From assembly GCA_965287045.1 (NCBI GenBank), contig OZ336877.1, positions 60,698,001-60,762,000 on the forward strand: a stretch of 64,000 bases of DNA. The letters are read 5' to 3'. The stretch comes from Carcharhinus amblyrhynchos. Lineage: Eukaryota. Positions 48,368-60,540 of this stretch are shown here, in pieces. Numbering within the stretch: the stretch's first letter is position 1; every line of letters starts with the position of its first letter. The translations under genes were made by a program, and so were the position numbers. Under the pieces are notes generated by a model that was given only the letters and a program-made list of their open reading frames with translations, was not told the DNA's origin and ran no database searches.

Positions 48368-49214
48368 AATTCATAATAAAGTTACAGTGGGAAAATCTAT
48401 AGATTATAAATGTAATGTATTTCCAGTATTTTCTGGTTTATATAACAGAGTTGCTGATCCCATAATTTTTGTTATTTAAAATAGAACTGCTCATCCAGAT
48501 AAACAGCTTCTGTGATAGTAGAAACAAATAAACATGAGTGAATATGTTCAGTTAAAACAAGAATCAGAGACGAGCTTTTCATATTAAGCAAGTTACGTTT
48601 TTATGTAACTTGCCACCATATCCTTACACAGTACATCAGAATCAATGTCCATCATTTCTGAAGCTGGGTACAACCACACTGTGACATGTTGGAACATGAA
48701 GCCACAGCAATGTGGACTGGTGGGATGAAAGTTTAATCTTTCATTCCTCTGCTGCCCTAATTTCAGTAACGCATCTGCTGAGAAGCATTAAACAGAGGCC
48801 AAATGCTTCACTTAAAGAACAAAAGGAAAATTGGATGTGGAGAGTCTCCAATAAACAGCTTCTACATGTGTCCCAGTGACTGACGAACTGCAGTTTTGAC
48901 AATACCTGAGAGTAAACTGGTTGCTCAGAGTTTTGGATGCAAAAAATATGTGTGAGTGAGCGAAGGGAACATAATCATGAAGGGAGAAAATTAGGAATTT
49001 TTGTTCTAGTAGGAGAATAAAGTCCCCCTCTGCTGTCCCTATCCAGCTAGAAATTAAATTTAATGCACAATTAGTATTTGCTGTATAGGAGATTGTTCAG
49101 TGGTTATGAAAAAGCTGTCACTTGGGTGGAAGTAGATCAGTGGCAGCTGTAAAGAAATATTTGATCCAACCTGCCCAAACACTCAAAAAGTAAATGCTTA
49201 TATTTTGCTTAACA

Positions 49215-49885
49215 TGATAGACCAGGGAAGTTTCTGGTCTGTGCTAAGATGGTCATAGACATCCTTACTTTATCAGCCCTGTGTCTGGTAAATTAGCATA
49301 CTTACATGTCCATTAGTTTCCAGATCAGCGAGATCACTATTAAAAATTCTGATCCTTGATTTCAAATCCCTTTGTGGCCTCATCTTTCACAATTTCTGTA
49401 ACCTTCTTCCTTACAAATCTCCAAGATCTCTATGCTCCTCCAATTATGGCCCCTTGCACACCCACGTCTCTGCCATTGATAACTGCATCTTCAGCTGCAT
49501 GCATCCTAGGCTTTGTAATTCCCTCCCTAAACCTGTACACTTTTCTGACTTTACTTCTTTCAGATCCTCCTTAAAACATACATTTTTGACTGAATTTTTG
49601 GTTAACTGTCCAAGTATCTCCTTTTATGACTCAATGCCAAATTTTGTTTGATAGCAATCCTGTGAAGTGCCTTAAGATGGTTATGTCAAAGGAGCCAAAT
49701 AAATTCATGTTGTTGTAGATGAGGAGAGGAAGATAAGCCTTTGATTGATATCCAGTAATCCTAACTGGAAAATGTGCATGAAAGGTTGATAGGATCGGCC
49801 TCAGTTGCAATGACAAATGGTCTTAAATAGCCTGCTGTCACTCACTAGTTAGTGTCCAACAAGGAGGACAATCACTTGGATACAA
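49215..49885 (+). mobile_element. LF-SINE-like element (pieces ~49215-49286 and ~49717-49885) split by an L2 fragment
   Basis: Colinear matches to the recalled LF-SINE consensus: AGACCAGG.AAG, GGTCTGTGCT.AG, TGAT.G.TATCCAGT.A.CC...CTGGAAA.TGTG, GA.AGGATCGG.CTC.G.TG, AATAGCCTGC.G.CACTCACT, CACTTGG. Confidence 0.6.
49287..49716 (+). mobile_element. L2 LINE 3' fragment
   Basis: ttaaaaattctgatccttgatttcaaatccct...taattccctccctaaacct...ctccttaaaac...cctgtgaagtgccttaagatg...ataaattcatgttgttgt. Confidence 0.75.
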
Positions 49886-50018
49886 ATGGGAATGTTTTGC
49901 AGTAAAAATGAGCATATTCCAATGAGGAGAGAAGAAAAGAAAAATGTGCAAAGAAATAAGCTTCTATCGTATGTAAAATTGAAACATTTGGTACAAACAA
50001 CGTGGGTCAATCATGTTT

Positions 50019-50316
50019 CAGTTTATTCATTAGTGTCACAAGTAGGCTTACTTTAACACTGCAATGAAGTTACTGTGAAAATCCCCTAGTTGCCACACTT
50101 TGGTGCCTGTTTGGGCACACTGAGGGAGAATTTAGCATGGCCAATGCACCTAACCAGCACATCTTTTGCTCTGTGGGAGGAAACTGGAGCACCCAGAGGA
50201 AGCCCACACAGATGCTGGGAGAATGTACAGACTCCGCACAGACAGTTACACAAACCAGAAATTAAACCCAGGTCCCTGGCACAGTGAGACAGCACTGTTA
50301 AACACTGTGTGCCACT
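50019..50316 (-). mobile_element. HE1/V-SINE-type SINE, alternative-tail subfamily
   Basis: gtttattcattagtgtcacaagtaggcttac...gaaaatcccctagttgccacact...aatttagcatggccaatgcacctaacc. Confidence 0.92.
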
Positions 50317-50324
50317 GTTACACC

Positions 50325-52135
50325 CCTACTACAGAGTCAGGAGAATTTACAGTGGGGAATAGATAAATGGCAGAGAAGCTAAATTATTGCTTTGTTCTTG
50401 TCTTCACTGACAAAGATAAGAAATTTTCCAATGACTAGGACAAATGAGGAATTGAGCAAAATTTGTATTAGTAAGAAGGTTTTATTGGAGAAATTATTGG
50501 GACTGAAGGTTCATAGGTCTCCGGAACTTGATATTCTATATCCCAGAGCGTTGAAAGAGGTAGCTATGGAGATAGAGGCTGCGTTGGTGCTCATTTTCAA
50601 AAATTCTATAGATTCTGGAATGGTTCCTGCAGATTTGAGTGTGCAAATGTCATCTCACCAATTAAGAAGGGAGGGAGAAGGAACATAAACTTACATCAGT
50701 AGTAGGGAAAATGCTAGAATCTATGATAAAGGATGTGATAATTGGACACTTGGATGATTATGATCTAATTGGTCATAGTCCACATGGATTTATGAATGAG
50801 ACGTCATGTTTGATGAACCTGTTGGCCATTTTGAGGATGTTACATCCTCACCAAAGGAGATTCAATGGATGTAGTGTGCTTGAATTTTCAGAAGGCTTTT
50901 GAAAAAGTCCTCCACAGGATGTTGATTTGCAAAATTAAAGCACATGGTATAGGAGGTAACACATTGGCATGGAGTAAAGATTGGCTAACAGGCAGAAAAC
51001 AGAGTATAAATAAACAGGTTATTCTTGCATTTGGCAGGCTGTGACTAGTGGGATATTGCAAGGATCAATACTTGAGCCTCAGCAACTCACAATCTGTATC
51101 AATAGATTGGATATGGGGAAAAAAATGTAATATTTCCAACCTCACAGATGACACAAAGCTAGATGGGAATGGAGATAGAGGCTGTGTTGGTGCTCATTTT
51201 CAAAAATTCTATAGATTCTGGAATCGTTCCTGCAGATTTGGGTGTGCAAATGTCACATGTGTGTGAGGAAGATGCAAAGCAGTTTCAGGAGGATTTGGAC
51301 AGAGTAGTGAGTGGGCAAGAACATGGCAGATTGAATATAATGTGGAAAAATGTGAGGTCATCCACTTTAGTAGGAGGAACAGATGCACAGAGTATTTCTT
51401 AAATAGTAAAAGATTAGAATGTTTGATGTACAATGGGATCTGGGGTGTTCTCGTTAGTAAGTCACTGAAGGCTAACATGCAGATGCAGTAAGCAATTAGG
51501 AAGGCTAATGGTACGTTAACCTTTATCGCAAGAGGATTTGAGTACAGATTAGCGAATTCTTGTTTTAATTGTGTAGAACCTTGGTTAGACCACATTTGGA
51601 ATACTTGCTTTAATTGTATAGAACCTTGGATAGACCATATTTGGAGTTTTGGTGCCCATACCTAAGGAAGGCTATTATAGAGGGAGTGTACCAAATGTTG
51701 ACCAGACCTATTTCCGAGATGGCAGCACTGAACTATGAAGTGAGATTGGGGAAATTGTGCCTGTATTCTCCAGAAATTCAAACAATGAGAGATGATCTCA
51801 TTGAAAGTGCTTAAAGGGATTGACAGGGTAGTTGCAGGAAGAATGTTTCTCCTGGGAGTCTAAAGCCAGGGGATATAATTTCAAATTAAGCACCAAGATA
51901 AGGAAATTTTGTTTAACCTGAAGCGTTATGAATTCTTGGAATTTCCTACCCCAGCTGTGGAAGCTCAATCACTGAGTATGTGTAAAATAGAGATTAAAGA
52001 TTTCTAAATACCAATGCTGCAAAGAGATATGTGGGCAGTATGGGGAAAAGGCATCAAAGTGGAAGATCAACCATGATTGTATTGAGTAGTGAATTAGGCC
52101 CGATGGGCTGAATGGTCTACTCCTGCTCTTATGTT
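50325..52135 (+). mobile_element. 5'-truncated CR1 LINE (RT region and 3' tail)
   Basis: VLLEKLLGLKVHRSPELDILYPRALKE, MLESMIKD..SPHGFM..SCLMNL, LTDDTKL, YRTLDRPYLE; tail gatgggctgaatggtctactcctgctc. Confidence 0.92.
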
Positions 52136-52239
52136 GAATTGCAAATCAAACTTACTGTGACTACATTGACTTCCACATGCATTTTGTGACTTAAAGCCTA
52201 AAATGATGAGAGAGGCTCTGATTTCTTTCCATCAAACAG

Positions 52240-52507
52240 CTGACCAGGGACCCGGGTTAAATTCCAGTTTCAGGTATCTGACTGTGTGGAGTTTGCACAT
52301 TCTCCCCGTGTCTGCATGGGTTTCCTCCAGATTCTCCGATTTTCTCCCACACTCCAAAGATGTGCAGATTAGGTTGATTGACCACGCTAAATTGCCCCTC
52401 AGGGTAATAGGTGGGGTTATTGGGATAGGGCCTGGATGGGATTGTGATCAGTGCAGACTTAATGGGTCAAATGGCCTCCTTCTGCACTGCAGAGGTTCTA
52501 TGATTCT
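52240..52507 (+). mobile_element. HE1/V-SINE-type SINE, 5' truncated, CR1-type tail
   Basis: ccagggacccgggtt...gtggagtttgcacattctccccgtgtctgc...aatggcctccttctgcactgcagaggttctatgattct. Confidence 0.9.
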
Positions 52508-52612
52508 GGACAATGGCCATCAATTCCTGGAGTGGAGCTTGACGATAGGGCTCCTGACTCAGAGACAGGGTTGCTACCCACAGCAGAACAAGTCAGACTC
52601 AATTAGATTCTC

Positions 52613-52930
52613 ACAGAATCATACAGTGTAGAAGGAGGCCATTCAGCCCATTTAGTCTGTGCCGTCCACAATTCCACCCAGGCCCAATCTCTATAACCTC
52701 ATGCATTTACCCTAGCTAGTTCCCCTGACACTAAGGGGCAATTTTAGCATGGCCAATCCACCTAACCTGCACATCATTGGACTGTGGGAGGAAACCGGAG
52801 CACCCAGAGGAAACCCATGCAGGCACAGGGAGAATGTGCAAACTCCACACAGTTAGTGATTCAAGCCAGGAATCAAAGTCGGGTCCCTGGCGCTGTGAGG
52901 CAGCAATGTTAACCACTCTGCCACCGTGCT
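52613..52930 (-). mobile_element. HE1/V-SINE-type SINE, CR1-type tail
   Basis: cagaatcatacagtgtagaaggaggccattcagccca...ggtccctggcgctgtgaggcagcaatgttaaccactctgccaccgtgc. Confidence 0.92.
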
Positions 52931-53855
52931 GCTGATTCTGTACTCTTAAATTGAGAGCCAGTGCTGACAAGGTTTATTATTCTCAAATGTTAACTCCGCT
53001 TATTTCTCTACAGATATTGCCAGAACTGTTGAGTATTTCCAGCATTTTCTGTTTTTAATCAGTCACATTATTAACTTTTGTTTACTCCTTTTACATCAAC
53101 CTATTTACTCAGCCATTCCAGGGAGTGAATTGGTTTGACGTGGGTTGGAGAACCATTCTGATATCCATAGGAGAAAACTGCAAGTTCAGTATTTAACTAA
53201 ATTGGATATGTTCTTCTCCAATGAGAAAAAGTAACAGTTTCTATAATTGTACATTGAAATTGATTTGAGGATGCTTCATCTCCAAATTGATTCTTTAGCA
53301 AACTTACTTGTTCTTGCAAAAGTTTATTCATATTAGATTCACAGCACATTTTGATGAAAGGAATCAATTGGCTGGTAGAAAATATTTTCAATTATAAAAA
53401 CAGGCAGACAAGTCTTGGAAGAATGTATCAACACATTTTATTAACCACTTCACTACACCCACATTGTGATTTCACTTGTTACAGCTCATATTGACTCTGC
53501 ACAGTTGAAATAATGATGCCATCTGGTGTCTTCTCAGCACCTGGGATTATATTGAAACAATGACAAATGGTGGATTTAATAGTGACTGAGATTAAATAGC
53601 CAGAATACATTGAATGTCATAAAGTGAATTGTCAATATGCATGAATTTATACTTAACTGTTATGAATGTGAATTGTGTAAGAAATATATTGCCATTTATA
53701 AACCAAAAAGATCATACTTACTATTTTGCAGCCTGTTGGGGAAATTCAAATGGTGACTCAACACAACATGAATCACTTGTGGTTCATTGGAATGGAGGGA
53801 AACATCATGTTTTCCTATTCCTCCTTTTCTGATATTGTTAAGGCTTTCATTACAT

Positions 53856-54139
53856 GGGCGACACGGTGGCGCAATGGTTAGTACTGCTGCCTCATAGCAC
53901 CAAGGACCTGGGTTCGATTCCAGCCTTGGGTGACTGTCTGTGTGCAATTTGCACATTCTCCCCATGTTTGTGTGGGTTCCCTCTGCATGCTCTGGTTTCC
54001 TGCCACAGTCCAAAGAGGTCTAGGGTAGATGGATTAGCCATGGTGAATGTCAGGGTTATGGGGTAGGGTGGGAAGATGGACCTGGGTAAAATGCTTAGTC
54101 AGCACAGACTCGAATGGCACTGCAGGGGTTCTATGATTA
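53856..54139 (+). mobile_element. HE1/V-SINE-type SINE
   Basis: gggcgacacggtggcgcaatggttagtactgctgcctca (A box) ...ggttcgattcc (B box) ...ggggttctatgatt. Confidence 0.92.
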
Positions 54140-54789
54140 TCAAGAGATTCTAATTATAACATTTATATTGAATATTTTTATATTACTGGAAGACAGTTTT
54201 AACTTTGCAAAATTGTGCAGTAGTACTATAGGGAAAAGTGTGGTGATTAACTACAGATGTTGGATAAACATGAGGAGATAGATCTTGTAGACAGATATCA
54301 TTCTGGCTGCACATCAGACAGCAGTATAGCTGAAATTCATGGAGATAATAGTTTCAAGACATTTGAAGCTAACACAATTCTTCAGCTTTGTACTTTGGAT
54401 GGAGATATCTGGTTGAACAATGCTGGAATTTGGCAAGTGCAAGGTTAGAACCTCAGTCTTTTCTAAGGCTGATGATTAATCCAAACAGAATTGAAGCCTC
54501 TAAAAATCTATCAACTGTGATCTGCAAACCACTTGTATTGTGAGCCATTATGGCATTAATATTGGCAGAGAAGACTTCCTGGATGAGTTTCTCAGGTTTG
54601 GATTTTCCAATGAGACATTGTAGGTCAAACAGTGAGCCATCAAGATAATATTAGAAATACATTCTCTCTTTGAGATCCTTGACAACATGTCTAAAAACAT
54701 AGGTAAAGAACAGGTTAAAGAGGATTAGCTTTACTTCATTCCATTTTAGTTATCAAAGGAGCTAATGATTCACCATTTAAAGGGCTCTA

Positions 54790-57340
54790 GCCTGTGGCTT
54801 AACAGTAAGTGTTTTTAACTGCTAATAGCTGTTTATCAGTATAAGGTCAAAACTAGAAGCTATCTAAATGCTTTCTTCTACCCACATCTCTATCCAATAG
54901 AAGACTGCCCCTGGTCTTGGGTCATGTGTTCCTTTATATCACATTGTGGGCACTGTGATATAATGGAACACATACACAGTACTGTACTGTACACAGTTCC
55001 TTGTTAACCCATTCAATGCCAGACCATTATACTACATTTCACCATCCCAAAGTCTTTATCCAGTGTATTTACTCAACTTACTTACAATATTCCAATAACC
55101 TTTCTGTTGGCCTGCCCCTGCTCAAATCTCAGTGCGTATAGATTCAGGTGGTCAGGGGACTTTATAATTCTTCCAGGTCCTGTCAGTACGACTGTTGGAG
55201 CAGTGGGAGACTCTGTTGTGCTTGACAAACCCTGTTGAATGTGGTAATTCATGCATCTGGTTGTTGACCTTTTTTGTTTCTTTTTTTGGAGATGAACCAA
55301 TTTTTTTCAACTCCCCATCTGGTTTTATCAGTGGTCATTGGTTTATCCCATTCCTCACACGGAACATAAACTTGCAGTTCAGTCATAGTGCTCATTCTGT
55401 TTTCCTTGCTACCTGCAGTTTATCATGATGATGTTGAGATGGAAGATGTCTCTTTATGTTATATGAGTGTGACTTTCCATCAGGCTCACCTTGCAGCCTA
55501 GCTTTCTCTGCAATGGCATTCTCATTGGTTTGCTCTCTTGCCTCATTGGGGTTTGCTACGGTCAGATGATGGCTGCTTCTCTGTTCCAGTATTGTCTGGC
55601 TAAAGATTGTATTGGGCAGATTGTATTGCAGCATGTCTTTATGATATCTAGGGTATCTTACCAACAGATGTTGGAGCCAGAGGTTAAGGCTTTTCTTGCT
55701 GCTTGTTCATCCCTTGGTTCTTTCCACTCAAGGCATTGTGGTAACTATCTCAGCGATTGACTGGTCTGACCAACAAGCATGTTCTGACACTTGCCAAGGT
55801 AATGGACAAATCAGCTCTGCAAAGAGTGAAGATGATTCAGAACTACAGTCCCGATTGAGAGTTTCTGTTCTGGGACTCTTACAGACCTGTGTAATTGACA
55901 ACAGATGTTGTTTTGATATCTTCGGCTATTTTAAGAAAGTTCATGGCAACACCAGCATCTCTACTCAGAAGAGAAAAGATTGGTTGTGGGTGAGGCACAT
56001 GACTTCAAAGATTTGTTTGCTGCCTGACCTTAATAGTTCCAGAATCTTGCCTCTAACTGGAAGTCAGATTCCTCTATGCGCATAGAGTTGTGTATCTGCT
56101 GTTCATAGCCAGAGATCTTTCAGCCATAGTTCCTTGGTTGACAGTAGCAAAATACAGGCTCCTGTCTCCTATTTAATGTTTGAGAGATGATCATTGACAT
56201 GTCTGCACGCCAGAATGAAAACTCCTGATCTTTAGCCTCACCTAAGAAGCCTGGTTGTGTTTTCTCTTAGTTTGGTAACCCAATCTCATAAATTATCTTG
56301 GTATCATCTGTGCATTTGCTTTTGTTAGCTTTTCATAACTTTACTAAGTGTCTTATGCAAAGATAACTAAATCAAATTGCAATTAAAACAGTGCTGAGAC
56401 TGTCAGACATGGATCATCCCGTGGGTCACTTGGATCCACAGTGCTGGCATCGTCACCCACCCTCTAGTGGTTGGCTATGATATTGCTTCTCTTGGCGTGG
56501 AGTGTCCCTGCTCCTCCCTGCTGTTTTACCAGCTAGAAAGTGGAGATTGCTCCGTGCCATAGCTTGTTTTTCACCCTAGAGATGATCTGTTCTCAAAATG
56601 GTTTTGGCTGCCCTGACAATCTAAATGGCCTTTTCGAGGGTCAATTCTTACTTAGCTTGAAGCTTGTCTGAGAGCGCATCATCTGCCACTCCAACAATTC
56701 TGTCCCTCTATGGGTCTGACTTCAGCTCACTGCAGTCATAGCCTTCAGCCATTCTATACAACTCATTAATGAAGGAGTCAATAGGTTCTCCTGGCCGTTG
56801 GGCACACTTCTTAAATGTTGTTCTTTCAAGCATCTTGTTACTGCTCAAATTAAAATGTGTCAAAGATCTTAGAACTTATCAAGTTTTGCTGAGCATTTAT
56901 TGATTCCTTGTCTAGCTATTATATCATTGGCTATTAGGCCTATTGAATAAAGCTATGTGTTAACCTGTTCAACTCCAATCTTTTTGTCTAGACCCAAAGC
57001 AACCTAAGGAATCGCTTTCTCCAACATTCCCAGTTTTATGACTGGTTTGGGCTTTGGATGAATCCAAACTGATCTGGTAAGGTAGATTTTTGATCTATGG
57101 TCTTTTAAAATTAAAGGTGTATATCTTGAAATGCTGTTTGGAAATCCAGGATGGTGCCACCGTATGCTTCTTCTCAAAAGGTTTCCCGTGTTTGTCTGGT
57201 GATGGTGATTTTTGTATTTTAATATTCTCAGCAGTGATTCCTGGGGTCAACAGTTCTGCACCTTGGCAGAATATCTGAGGGTTTTTGGGTCTCGCAACCA
57301 TTGGTTCCTTGCTTTTCCTGTTTTTTTTTAACTGCTAGCT
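54790..57340 (-). mobile_element. Degenerate, internally deleted Gypsy-like LTR element (3' LTR ~54790-55036), related to 770-3812
   Basis: Gag remnant ERTTFKKCAQRPGEPIDSFINELYRMAE...RDRIVGVADDALSDKLQAK.ELTLEKAI (~56590-56850), integrase-tail motif LTGPGRIIKSPDHLNL, LTR start TGTAGTA at 55036 with a degenerate PPT. The adjacent cccaaagtctttatccagtgtattta matches ~1033-1058. Confidence 0.78.
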
Positions 57341-57399
57341 TGGCAACCTTGTGTTCAGGTGCAGACCCAGGCTATTTACAGTGTATTACAAATTAATTC

Positions 57400-57760
57400 T
57401 GACTGAAACCAAAAGAGAAAATGCTGGAAAATCTCAGCACGTCTGGCAGCATCTTGAAGGACAGAAAAGAGCTGATGTTTCAAGTCCAGATGACCCTTTG
57501 TCAAAGCTAAAAGGCATAGAAAGTGAGAGATATTTATACTGCAGGGTGAGAGAATGAAAGATGAGTCATAGCCACAGAAACCAGGGGAAAAGACTGCTAA
57601 TGGCAGTCCATAGAGAGAATAAAGGGTGTGAATGACCAAACAGCCGAGAAGCTGAAATCAGAGGGTAAACTGTGACAGATGAAGATATGGGGGGAGGGGA
57701 ATGGATGGGAAAGAGGGAGGATTGAGAAAAAAGGGTGAAAGTGGAAGCAAAGGGAGAGAA
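57400..57760 (-). mobile_element. Penelope-like retroelement terminal fragment with decayed hammerhead-like core
   Basis: aaaatgctggaaaatctcagcacgtctggcagcatc; minus strand TTGACAAAGGGTCATCTGGACTTGAAACATCAGCTC. Smaller relatives at ~29665-29730, ~45880-45965 and ~52985-53058. Confidence 0.7.
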
Positions 57761-57764
57761 AATT

Positions 57765-58545
57765 GTATTGGATCAGGCTTTCTGCATACTTGCAGTTGTA
57801 GGACAAGTTGAGAAAACACTTAAAAAAGCTTTTGGGATCCTTGGCTGTATTAATAGAAGACTGGAATATAAAAGCACAGCAGTTATGCTAAACCTTTATA
57901 TAACATTAGAATGTTAAAATAGTGTTAAAACCTTGGAGAGAATACTAAAAAGAGTTACAGGACAGGAAATGAGGGATTCCAGTTATGGAAGAAGCTGAAG
58001 AACAAGTGGGTGTTCTTAGAGCACAGAAGGTTAAGAATCAGCTTGATTGTGGTGTTAAAATGATTTGGTAAAGTAAGTAAAAGTGGCATGGTTTCCACAA
58101 GCAGCAAATAATGCTAGCAAAGGACACAGATTTAATCTGATTGCTGAAAGAACCAGAAGTGACATGAGGAATTTTTTTTTCTCACAGTGGGTTGTTGTAA
58201 TCTTGAATGTATGGCCAGACGAGTGATAGAAGCATAATTGGATAAATACCTGAAGTGACAAAAATATGCTAATTCTGGGGAGAGAGCAGGGATCTTACCA
58301 AAACCCTGTACAATTATAACAAGATTTCCTTATTCTTGTGCTCCAATCCCCTTGCAATAATGGCCATGCTGTTTGCCTTCCTAGTTGGTTGCCGTACCTA
58401 CATGCTAACCATCTCTATTCTCTGTAAAGTCCCTCCGAACATCAACATTCGGAAGTTTCATGCCTTTTTAAAAATATTCAGCTTTTCTCTTTCCACCAAT
58501 GAATACCCTCATACCTCTTCAAATTATACTCCGCCTGCCACTGTC
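57765..58545. mobile_element. CR1 fragments (plus strand ~57765-58290, minus strand ~58295-58545)
   Basis: KAFGILGCINRRLEYKSTAVMLNLY; ggacacagatttaatctgattgctgaaagaacc; reverse-strand ctccaatccccttgcaataatggcc. Confidence 0.75.
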
Positions 58546-60042
58546 TGAGTTCACCATATCGCAGTAACTTAGCTAAACTGGCATCCTTGCTATCGGCTTT
58601 ACCATTGAAATGCATTGAATGAAGAGAAGGTGTACTTGCATAGTTCATGCAATCTAACCACACCACAGAAAGTTATTTTATGTCCATTGCAGTCATAGTT
58701 GTCTTTTTAACAACAGGTTGATTGCTTCCCAAGAACCTTTCTGTCGTTGCAAATTGATTTTTTAATAAGTTAATACTTTACATTGAAACTTGTATTTACG
58801 ATGCCTTTCTGTCTTTTTTCTCTTTCTTCCTTAAACCAGTCTTATTTCCTCTCTTTATTTCTCATCCTGCACTGATTTGACATTGAATCTGTCCAGTCTA
58901 AATTCTCTCTCAGCCCTTACAGGATTCCATAATTCTATTGGTTAAAGGGATACAGAGTTGCTTGCCCTATTCACTTGGTTTCCAAGTGCCCTATTTTCCT
59001 CACTGTTAACGTTAACATCTCACACAATCATCACCTTGCCACACACAAAAAAGTAAAATCTAAATGTCCAAGGGCAAATCTAATTAACAGATGCCCTGCT
59101 GCTGCAAAATCCAATAGATTCCTGTCCCGTTTACCATTGTCAGACTCATAGCGCCATCTATCGGCACATTGTTTTATTGTTTCTGTCTGAATTTGAAATC
59201 AAGTCTTCACATCAGACTTGTCACTAAATGAGTTTGCAATATTATTGATCACTAAAAGCAGAGAAAAATATAGAATAGTGTTGATGAGTCTTCCCCATTT
59301 GGAAACAAAATCGAAAAGAAACACTATGCATGCATGCTTGCCAGGAGCAGAGTAATAAGTAATTTAAGTCATATTTAAATAATCTTTTTTTTCACAGAAA
59401 ATGTACATATTCTGTTATTAATGTACAATTTATTGTAAAAATGGACAGTTAAAACATTGCATTAGATTCTCATTCACTGCTGTTCCTTCAAGGAATTGGA
59501 GTATAATGTGGTCTGTGGTTATAAAAGTCTGATTTCAAATACTTCTTGTGCACATATATGACATTTTCTATTTTCCACTTGCATAGGACAGCATTGTCTG
59601 ATAGACATAGTTAGAACAGGTGGGCAAGGTAACCTTTGAGAACTGAAGCTCTTTTTTATTTCATGGGATGTAGGAGTTGTTGGCAAGGGCAGCATTTCTT
59701 GCCAATCCCTAATTGCTTTTGACAAGATTGTGAGCTACCTTTTTGAACTGCTACAGTTCATGTAGAGTTTTTTTTTGCAATTGTTTTGATACAGTTGAGA
59801 GTTTGTTCAACTATCTTAGAGGACATCTAAATGTCAATCACAGTGCTGCAGGTTTGGACCACCTTTAGGCCAGGCCAGGTAAGGACTGCAAGTTTCCTTC
59901 CCTACAGGACATCAGTGAAACAGATGGATTTTCACATCAGCCTGGTAGTTTCATGGCTATCATTCATTAGTCTAGTTTTTTATTCCAGATTTTGAATTTA
60001 AATTCCACAGTTGCCAATGTGGGTCTTAAACCCACTGCAGTA

Positions 60043-60540
60043 CGGTGGCACAATGCTCGGCATTGCTGCCTCACAGCACCAGGGATCCAGGTTTGATTCC
60101 AGCCTTGGGTGACTGTCTATGTAACTGCTCTCCCCATGTCATGTCTGCATGGGTTTCCCCCGCGTGCTCTGGTTTCTTCCCAGAGGTTAGGTGAGTTGGC
60201 CATGCTAAACTCCACCATAGCGTTGGGGAAATGGCACAGAAAAGGAGTTGAGGCTGGCATAGATCAGCCATAATCATCTTGAACAGCAGGGAAGGCTTAA
60301 AGAACCTGCTAGCCCACTCCTGCTTCTGTTTCTTACATTCTTGTGTTCAAGATGTGTAGGTTCGGTGGATTAGCCATGATAAATCTGTACTAATGGTGAT
60401 AGGGTAAAGGGGAGGAGTGGGAAGGGGTGGGGCTGGGGGGTGGAGGCATATGGGGCTGGGTATGATACTGTTTCAGAGAGTCGGTGCAGATCTGATGGGC
60501 CAAATGGTGTCCTTCTGCACTGTAGGTTTTCTATGGTTAT
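60043..60540 (+). mobile_element. HE1/V-SINE-type SINE pieces flanking a CR1 3' tail (~60219-60347)
   Basis: Head acggtggcacaatg...cagcaccagggatccaggtttgattcc; tail gatgggccaaatggtgtccttctgcactgtagg. Confidence 0.8.

Noticed and set aside
53856-53935. tRNA gene (A and B boxes)
   Set aside because: It is the tRNA-derived head of a SINE that continues into the V-SINE core; the same applies to the other copies.
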